A stretch of 64,000 nt of DNA, from positions 65,664 to 129,663 of the forward strand of contig JBEKVT010000002.1 of assembly GCA_049997795.1 (NCBI GenBank), read 5' to 3'. A program made the position numbers and the translations under genes. Below are positions 57,497-64,000 of this stretch, piece by piece (position 1 is the first letter of the stretch; each line of letters begins with the position of its first letter). The notes under the pieces are model-generated. The model did not search any database. It worked only from the letters and a program-made list of their open reading frames with translations, and was not told the DNA's origin. The stretch comes from Minisyncoccia bacterium (GTDB lineage: Bacteria; Patescibacteriota; Minisyncoccia; Phycocordibacterales; PALSA-1337).

Positions 57497-58135
57497 ATGG
57501 GGCCGCTCAAAAAAGAACCGCTCATCCTAGTCCTCACGGCGTTGGCCGTCTTTTCGATCGGCTGGCTCATTTGGAATACCTACCGCCCGACGGCCATCGT
57601 GAATCTCGACTCCAAGGGCACGGCCATCGTGGCCTTCGGGGACAGCCTGATCCAAGGCGTCGGCGCCTCGGAGGGGCATGACTTCGTTTCCCTGCTTGCG
57701 GCGCGCCTGGGTCAATCCATAGTCAATCTCGGCAAAAGCGGCGACACCGCGGCCGACGGCTTGGCGCGGCTCGACGACGTCTTCCGATACGATCCGCGGA
57801 TCGTCATCGTCCTTCTGGGCGGCAACGACCTCCTGCACGGGGTGCCGATAGACAAGACCTTCGCCGATCTGGACAAGATCGTGACGACCATTGAATCCCG
57901 CGGCGCCGCGGTGCTCCTTCTCGGCGTGCGCGGCGGCCTCCTGTACGACAGCTACGACAGCCGGTTCGAGGCTCTCGCCAAGGCGCGCGGGACCGGCTTC
58001 GTGCCGAACGTCCTCGCGGGCCTCATCGGGGACCAGGAATACATGTCGGACGAGGTCCACCCCAACGACGCCGGCTACGCGAAGATCGCCGACAAGGTGG
58101 AACCGGTGTTAAAAGAGATGCTCGCCGGACGGTGA
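57497..58135 (+). CDS. SGNH/GDSL esterase (arylesterase-like)
   Basis: AFGDSL, G.SGDT, LGGND, DEVHPN blocks. Confidence 0.92.
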   Translation: MGPLKKEPLILVLTALAVFSIGWLIWNTYRPTAIVNLDSKGTAIVAFGDSLIQGVGASEGHDFVSLLAARLGQSIVNLGKSGDTAADGLARLDDVFRYDPRIVIVLLGGNDLLHGVPIDKTFADLDKIVTTIESRGAAVLLLGVRGGLLYDSYDSRFEALAKARGTGFVPNVLAGLIGDQEYMSDEVHPNDAGYAKIADKVEPVLKEMLAGR

Positions 58136-58241
58136 GGGACGGATTGACATAAGATCAACTACTGCTACTATTCCATTGGAAGGCCGTGGCGAAGAGTCCG
58201 GCAAAACCAAACAAAATCGAATATAGCTAAGGAGCGCCCAC

Positions 58242-58490
58242 ATGCTACTGCTAGCAATCTTGCTGCCATTCGTATACTTCTTTGTCAGAGGACGGATCCT
58301 GGCAGGGATCGTGACGGTTATCGTTCTCCTCATGTCCTTGGGATTCCTGTGGCCGGTCTTCTCGATCTGGGCGATTATCGACTGGAGCGCACAGCGCAGG
58401 GACAAGGCCTTGCACAAGCACGCCGAAGACATCGGCCGCCAAGTCGCCGCCAATATGGCCTCCGGCAAACAGACGCCGCCAATGCTCTGA
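58242..58490 (+). CDS. Small membrane protein (YqaE/Pmp3-like)
   Basis: SD TAAGGAG; TTGACA at 58144; LAILLP...RG...G...L...W...WA pattern; terminator ~58527-58573. Confidence 0.6.
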   Translation: MLLLAILLPFVYFFVRGRILAGIVTVIVLLMSLGFLWPVFSIWAIIDWSAQRRDKALHKHAEDIGRQVAANMASGKQTPPML

Positions 58491-58627
58491 GGATCCGCAG
58501 GATCCGCCGGCGGTCATCCCCCAAATGCCCTCTCGGATCGTCTTAAGAAGATGATCCACGAGGGCTTTTATTTTGTGCGGAGGAGGGATAGAAAAAGGGC
58601 CCGTCTGTGACGACGGGGCCCTGAAGG

Positions 58628-58891
58628 TCAACCTCTGTGGCTATTCACCACCTCGTTGATGTGCTTGTTCAGCAGCCTCTCCCGGCGGATCGCGAAGTAG
58701 ATCGCAAGCGAGACACAGACTGCCCAGATGGGAAGAAATTCCATCTTCCAGAATTCATCCTGGTGGGACTTGAGCCAGTCGCTCGCAACGATGAGAGTGA
58801 TGGCGAGAGCGAGGAATGACAGCGCGGCGGGGACGATGGAGAAAAAAACGGAAAGCCGTCCCAGCTTGTCCAACTCTTTGTCGATGTTCAT
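58628..58891 (-). CDS. Orphan 2-TM protein
   Basis: SD AGAAGGGG; TTGACA-N18-TATAAT promoter near 58981-59010; hairpin terminator ~58596-58622. Confidence 0.65.
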   Translation of the reverse strand: MNIDKELDKLGRLSVFFSIVPAALSFLALAITLIVASDWLKSHQDEFWKMEFLPIWAVCVSLAIYFAIRRERLLNKHINEVVNSHRG

Positions 58892-59018
58892 GATAAACCC
58901 CTTCTAAATGATTTCTGTCTCTTCTTTCGCGGCCGGAGGTGGCGCTTCAGATTCGACAGGATAGCTTCTTATCTTCTTACATTATACTACTTTAGTGGTT
59001 ATTTGTCAATAGCCCAAC

Positions 59019-60623
59019 CTATACCTTCCCGAACGGTTCGATCTCGACGATGAAGGTGGCGCCCTTCCCTTCCCCGGCCGACTCGGCGCGGATCGTGCCG
59101 TGGTGGGCCTCCACCAGCTGTTTGGCCACGAAAAGGCCGAGGCCGGTGCCTTTGATGTTGACCTTCGAGGCGTTCTCGGCCCGGGAGAATTTCTGGAAGA
59201 GGTGCGGCAGGACTTTCGGGTCGATGCCGACGCCGGTGTCCTTGACGGCGAAGACGAAGAGGTGCCGCGGCCGGTCGAAGGCGAGAGTCACGGCGACCGA
59301 GCCGGACGGCGTGTATTTCATGGAATTGTCGATCAGGTTGGCGATGACCTGTTTGAATTTATCGCGGTCGGCGGTGATGCGGTAATCGATGTTGCTGTCC
59401 TCGGCGGTGAAGGAGAACTTGAGGCCGGCCTTCTCGATGTTCGGCTGGAGCTCGGCGATGACGTCTTCGATCAAGGTCTTCAGGTCAATGGTCTCGAAGT
59501 TGTACTTCATGGTGCCGAGTTCGATCCTGGAGACGTTCAGATAGTCATCGACGATGCTGACCAGGGTGTTGGTCGAATCGAAGATGTGCCGGATGCCGTC
59601 AAGGGCTTGCCGGCCGAGCTCCCCCATGTCGCCCTCAAGAAGGAGCGAGGCGTAGCCTTTCATGGCCGAGAGAGGGGCCCGCAGCTGATGCGTGGCGAAG
59701 GATATGAACTCCGACTTCTGCCGGTCCAGCTCCGTCAGCCGCTCGTTCGCCTTCTCCAGGTCATCCGCCAGCTTTTGGATGCGCTCGCGTTGAAGAACTT
59801 CTTTAATAACACTTCGAATTAAGAAAACACCCGTAATTATGACTAAAACAAAAAGAATCCCGTTTATAATAATATCTTCGAATGAAATCGAAAGCAGTGT
59901 CCTGACAAAGATAAAAATGGAAAGTGCAAAGACCAACAATTCGGTTGCGATAACCTTTATGTTCAAAAAGTGTAGTTTCAATATTGCATAAGCCGTGAAG
60001 CCGACAAATAAAATCAAGCTTGGCGCATCAAGGAGGGTAAAGTCAAAAACATTAAAATATACAGGCAATATAACGCTGAATGATAGAGCTGCAAGGCTAT
60101 AAGATGAAACCCCAAGAAGGATGAACCTTAATTGTAATTTTGATATTCCTGTAGCCTTCTTTTGGGCTTGATATATAAGATAAATAAACGAACAGATGTA
60201 AAGCAGAAAATACAGCGCGTATATTGTGAAGAATGGCCCTAAATGACCTTGATAACCTAGCACGGTCAGACGATCAATTCCACTGACAACATATCCGTCT
60301 AAATAACAAATAGCGAAGAGGAAAATGCTGGGTATAAAAATGCCTATTTTTTGCCACAGTGGAATTCTTTTTAAATCAATGTTACATATTTCAAGAATCC
60401 AGATTAGGCCGGTTAGTGGTACAAGTGTCGTAAACGCATAACTGCTTCGTAGAATAATCAGGGTTGGGTAGAATCTGAACAAATAATCAAATATGATGGA
60501 AATGACTGTGCTAAGACTAAATACAGCAAAACCATAATTTAATCTTTCATTCGGTTTTCGTAACCAGACTATCAACCCAAGAAAAAGGTTGAGTATCCCG
60601 GATAATAAGATAATGACAGACAT
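59019..60623 (-). CDS. Sensor histidine kinase with N-terminal 7TM-type membrane domain
   Basis: Multi-TM N-terminus; EFISFATHQLRAPL H-box, NLIDNSMKYT N-box, DTGVG G1, GTGLGL G2. Confidence 0.93.
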   Translation of the reverse strand: MSVIILLSGILNLFLGLIVWLRKPNERLNYGFAVFSLSTVISIIFDYLFRFYPTLIILRSSYAFTTLVPLTGLIWILEICNIDLKRIPLWQKIGIFIPSIFLFAICYLDGYVVSGIDRLTVLGYQGHLGPFFTIYALYFLLYICSFIYLIYQAQKKATGISKLQLRFILLGVSSYSLAALSFSVILPVYFNVFDFTLLDAPSLILFVGFTAYAILKLHFLNIKVIATELLVFALSIFIFVRTLLSISFEDIIINGILFVLVIITGVFLIRSVIKEVLQRERIQKLADDLEKANERLTELDRQKSEFISFATHQLRAPLSAMKGYASLLLEGDMGELGRQALDGIRHIFDSTNTLVSIVDDYLNVSRIELGTMKYNFETIDLKTLIEDVIAELQPNIEKAGLKFSFTAEDSNIDYRITADRDKFKQVIANLIDNSMKYTPSGSVAVTLAFDRPRHLFVFAVKDTGVGIDPKVLPHLFQKFSRAENASKVNIKGTGLGLFVAKQLVEAHHGTIRAESAGEGKGATFIVEIEPFGKV

Positions 60624-60626
60624 GAT

Positions 60627-61694
60627 TTATACAGATATAAATTTATTAACAAAATTCCTTCCTAGTATATTCCCCATAATATCCCCAGACGTCTCTCCGT
60701 TATTGCATTTCTTCGCGGCCAGATATACACATCCTATGTTGTAAGCAATTCTATTGTACAGGGCATCCGATCCAAAGATAAGTTTTGAGCTTGGTATTAT
60801 ATTAAGAGTTCTTGAAATGACTGACGTGGACACGCCTGAGGTATCGAAAAACAGATTGCTGTATTTATCACTCAGTTTCTTTATCAAACGATAATCAATG
60901 TTAACCATACCGTAATGACCTATGTGGGCAATAATGACCTTTATGTCATAAGCGCTCAGAAGTTCACTGGCTCCATCTTTATCACAGAAATTTTCTAGTA
61001 AACCATTTGTCCTACTTCGTTCGATATAACCGTATTTCCTGTTTATCTTAAGGGTATAATTTGAAATGCCGCCGTGGAACAAAACATAAAGTTTGTATTT
61101 GGCGGCAGTCTCGTATATCTTGCGGAGTTTTTTTGCAATCTCATCGCCGTTTTTATATGGTTCTGGTTTGAAATTCTGAAGATTGGGGTGAAATTTAAGT
61201 CCAACAATATGGTAATTATCTACATACGACTTTATGGTGGATTCGATTTCTGAAAGATTGATGTTGTGGATGTCGACGGAACCAAGAAGCATAAATCTAG
61301 TATCCTGAGAATATTTTTTACCGACGTTTTCTGTCGGCGCCCATGGGTCGAGAGACAAAAGAATGCTTTTATCGGCTAGTGATGCTTCCATTTCTTCAAG
61401 GATTCGATCAGCATTAGTTTTTTTGTAAGTATGCTCAATCATAGAGAACACACTCCTAGGAAAAAGTTTAAAGTACAATCGTGATCCTATCTTTTCAAGT
61501 TTACTGTAATTAAATTTTTCTAAAATTCCTGGGCTCAAATAATCTTCGTGGCAGCATTCATCGACAATTTCTTCATAATGGACAACGCCCATAACGTCAA
61601 TCGGGTGAATGTGAGTGTCAATGATCCGAAAACTTAAATCATTTTTTAGTTTTCGTACATCTTTTAGGACCTCTATAATTTGTCTTTTGTACAT
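60627..61694 (-). CDS. Amidohydrolase family 2 metallo-hydrolase
   Basis: IIDTHIH, GLKFHP, LFHGG, IAHIG, FDTS, IFGSDA; ATG overlaps the upstream stop (TGATG). Confidence 0.88.
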   Translation of the reverse strand: MYKRQIIEVLKDVRKLKNDLSFRIIDTHIHPIDVMGVVHYEEIVDECCHEDYLSPGILEKFNYSKLEKIGSRLYFKLFPRSVFSMIEHTYKKTNADRILEEMEASLADKSILLSLDPWAPTENVGKKYSQDTRFMLLGSVDIHNINLSEIESTIKSYVDNYHIVGLKFHPNLQNFKPEPYKNGDEIAKKLRKIYETAAKYKLYVLFHGGISNYTLKINRKYGYIERSRTNGLLENFCDKDGASELLSAYDIKVIIAHIGHYGMVNIDYRLIKKLSDKYSNLFFDTSGVSTSVISRTLNIIPSSKLIFGSDALYNRIAYNIGCVYLAAKKCNNGETSGDIMGNILGRNFVNKFISV

Positions 61695-62908
61695 CAAAAT
61701 CCTATTTCGCTTTTAATTTCTTTTAGATTTTCAATCAGGACGTTAATCTGTTCCTTTGTGTGTGCGGTTGACACGGTCGTGCGCAGGCGAGCCTTGCCTT
61801 TCGGTACGGCCGGCCAACGAGCTGCAGGAATGAAGATGCCGCGCTCCAGGAGCTTGACGCTGGCATCCATAGCCTTTTTCTCATTTCCTATAAAAATGGG
61901 TATTATCTGCGTTCTAGAATTGAGGAAATTGATTCCGATATTCGCTAATTGGTCTTTCATATATAGCGCATTGGCAAGTACTTTCTCTCTCCTCCAGGTC
62001 TCCTCGGTTGCGATCTCGATCGACTTAATCAGACCACAGACCACCGGGGGCGCGATCGGCGCCGTGAAGATGAATGAGTCAGAAGTTATTTTGAGATAAT
62101 CGACCAAATCTTTTGAACCAACCACGAAACCACCGACCCCGCCAAAACATTTGGTGAATGTCCCCATAATCACATCGACTTGCCCTTCAACGTTGTAGTA
62201 GTCTTCGACTCCTCGGCCGTGCGGGCCAAGGATGCCAGTGCCGTGAGCATCATCGAGATAAACGATCGCTTTGTATTGTCTCGCTTGTTCAAGTATCTGG
62301 GGTAGCGGAGCGATGTCGCCATCCATACTAAAAACTCCGTCCGTCACAATCATCTTTCTTTGGGATACGGGATAATTCTTCAGTTTTTCCAGTAAGTCAT
62401 TAATGTCCAAATGCTTGTAGATCTCTTTCTTCGCACCGCTCAATCGTATACCGGCGATGGCACTCGCGTGATTGTACTCATCGCTGAAGATAATTGTGTC
62501 TTTATCTTTCGCGATTTTTTCGCTGAAGAGCGACGCCAGAGAAAATTTCGGGACATTGACTAATGCCGGGATGGTGCCGGAGTTTGCCATGTATCCAGAG
62601 ACGAACGACACTGCCGCTTCCCTGTGTTTGAACGCAGCGATTTTTTCTTCCAACTGATTATGAATCTCAAGATTGCCGGTCAGGAGACGGGCGCTGCCAT
62701 TACCGATACCCCATTTCCTTGCTCCTTGAACAGCCGCCTCGATAACACGTGGATCTGTCATCAAATCCAAATAATTATTAGTCGCGAACATTAAGACCTT
62801 TTTTCCGTTGACTACAACTTCTGGAGCATGCGGCGAAGATACTACGGGCGGGTACGGGTAAAAACCATGTTTCTTAATGAAATTTACCGCTTGAGAAAGA
62901 CTTTTCAT
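61694..62908 (-). CDS. PLP-dependent alpha-oxoamine synthase (BioF/Kbl/SPT/CqsA family)
   Basis: NNYLDL, SARLLTG, SGYMAN, SDEYNHAS, TDGVFSMDGD, DDAHG, GTFTK (PLP Lys), PAVPKGKARLR. Confidence 0.92.
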   Translation of the reverse strand: MKSLSQAVNFIKKHGFYPYPPVVSSPHAPEVVVNGKKVLMFATNNYLDLMTDPRVIEAAVQGARKWGIGNGSARLLTGNLEIHNQLEEKIAAFKHREAAVSFVSGYMANSGTIPALVNVPKFSLASLFSEKIAKDKDTIIFSDEYNHASAIAGIRLSGAKKEIYKHLDINDLLEKLKNYPVSQRKMIVTDGVFSMDGDIAPLPQILEQARQYKAIVYLDDAHGTGILGPHGRGVEDYYNVEGQVDVIMGTFTKCFGGVGGFVVGSKDLVDYLKITSDSFIFTAPIAPPVVCGLIKSIEIATEETWRREKVLANALYMKDQLANIGINFLNSRTQIIPIFIGNEKKAMDASVKLLERGIFIPAARWPAVPKGKARLRTTVSTAHTKEQINVLIENLKEIKSEIGF

Positions 62909-63022
62909 GACTTCATTTTAACATTATCTGGTAATTTTTGCGTGTTGGATATGTGGGTAGAAATCTTATAGATGACGCGCGTAACAGATTTCTGAATTAC
63001 CTTGGTACCTTATCTTGATATA

Positions 63023-64000
63023 ATGAACGGCGTGGTTATATCAGCATATGTTGTAATCATCTGGACTGCTGCTGTACTTATTGGCAGTCTAGCTCTAGTT
63101 ATATTTCTAGGTAACAACAAACCTTCTTCGAGGGCTTTCGCCTTTACTATATCCATAGTCACCTTGTGGACAATGAGTGTTGGGCTTTTTACAGCTTCAA
63201 GGGATCCGAATCTTGCTGAATTTTGTATAAAGATGAATTTTTTCCTTGGGAGCGCTATAGCCTCATCATTTTTATATTTTTTCTTCACATTTCCTTACGA
63301 CAAAAGGCCTAACCATAAACTTGCCTTGTCTCTTGTAATGCTCCAACTTATTTTCTTATATTTATATTTTTTTACGAATATCATTGTATATGGACCAGTC
63401 CCATTAACAAATCCTTCTTCTGCTATTTGGTGGGGATGGGGATTGGGTCCAGGATATTTTGTATATAACCTATTCTTTTTCGGTTTTTTCTTGACCGGAA
63501 TCGTACTCTTATATCATAGATACCGTTTAACCAAAGATTATTCTCAAAAGAATAATCTAAAATACATGTTGTCAACAGTGATTATAGGCCTAATCCCGCC
63601 AACGCTTTTTAATCTAATTTTACCTCCATTAGGATATTTTGGTCTTAATTGGGTTGGACCAGCCAGTGGTATGTTCTGGGTACCGATTATGGCCTATTCC
63701 ATCATCCGTTATCATCAAATGAATGTACGGGTGGTGGTTACAGAGGTGCTGGCCATCGGTATGGCGTTCATTTTCTTCATGGACATCTTTATCACGATGT
63801 CGTTCGGTATTTGGGGGCGTATCGGTACCTTCGGGGCTTTCCTTGTTTTGAGCGCATATTTGATTCGCGGTGTTCTCCGGGAAGCTAAGCAGAGAGAACA
63901 GCTCGACGATCTAAACCGAAATCTCGAGCAGAAAGTCGCCGATCAGACGGTGGAGATCAGGAAGTCGTACGAAGCAGAGAAACATGCCCGCGCGGAATTG
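63023..64000 (+). CDS. Second 7TM sensor histidine kinase, N-terminal part (truncated by window; not in ORF track)
   Basis: Open frame 63023 to end: multi-TM, then AYSIIRYHQMNVRVVVTE and LIRGVLREAKQREQL coiled coil, matching AYAILKLHFLNIKVIATE / LIRSVIKEVLQRERI of the first kinase; start may be GTG 63032; kinase core lies beyond the window. Confidence 0.8.
   Translation, partial: MNGVVISAYVVIIWTAAVLIGSLALVIFLGNNKPSSRAFAFTISIVTLWTMSVGLFTASRDPNLAEFCIKMNFFLGSAIASSFLYFFFTFPYDKRPNHKLALSLVMLQLIFLYLYFFTNIIVYGPVPLTNPSSAIWWGWGLGPGYFVYNLFFFGFFLTGIVLLYHRYRLTKDYSQKNNLKYMLSTVIIGLIPPTLFNLILPPLGYFGLNWVGPASGMFWVPIMAYSIIRYHQMNVRVVVTEVLAIGMAFIFFMDIFITMSFGIWGRIGTFGAFLVLSAYLIRGVLREAKQREQLDDLNRNLEQKVADQTVEIRKSYEAEKHARAEL

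Noticed and set aside
61694-62908. Naming the synthase bioF or cqsA
   Set aside because: Family motifs are shared by BioF, Kbl, SPT and CqsA; no biotin genes nearby; needs phylogeny
1-64000. CRISPR array, rRNA, transposase, or alternative genetic code
   Set aside because: No regularly spaced repeats or rRNA/transposase motifs seen; TGA terminates conserved genes (uvrA, ddl, dnaB, recR), consistent with code 11

Overview
Chromosomal segment of a reduced-genome bacterium, most likely Patescibacteria/CPR (Parcubacteria-like). That taxonomy is inferred from gene content: short AlaRS, a Sigma70_r4+HARE-HTH protein, an FtsA-like + baseplate-J-like pair, 7TM histidine kinases and DUF2341/LamG surface proteins. 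Most of the window is GC-rich housekeeping DNA: uvrA end, uvrC, ddl, zwf, ychF, leuS, mltG, mnmA, udg, alaS, the infA-rpmJ-rpsMKD-rpoA-rplQ-rplM-rpsI-grpE block, dnaK, dnaJ, trpS, scpAB, ftsW, murG, gltX, rpmA, rplI, ctpA, corA, cysS, dnaB, recR, rplU, rmuC, plus six tRNAs. No CRISPR array, integrase or transposase is visible. Main things worth follow-up: (1) 59-64 kb, an AT-rich block with an alpha-oxoamine synthase and an amidohydrolase between two divergent 7TM histidine kinases, with the composition boundary inside the first kinase gene; a candidate exchangeable small-molecule signalling cassette. (2) 3.5-10.1 kb, a surface cluster combining WxL-like large and small subunits, a DUF916-like partner and a dockerin/cohesin pair. 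(3) A dispersed ~125-nt structured repeat with a conserved 60-nt core and different, self-complementary arms (1.6 kb and 47.6 kb). (4) Apparently leaderless core genes versus SD-led orphan genes with full TTGACA promoters. (5) A RAP-ending leader ORF before dnaK. (6) A stand-alone ncRNA candidate before alaS. All family assignments come from motif recognition by eye; no searches were run.
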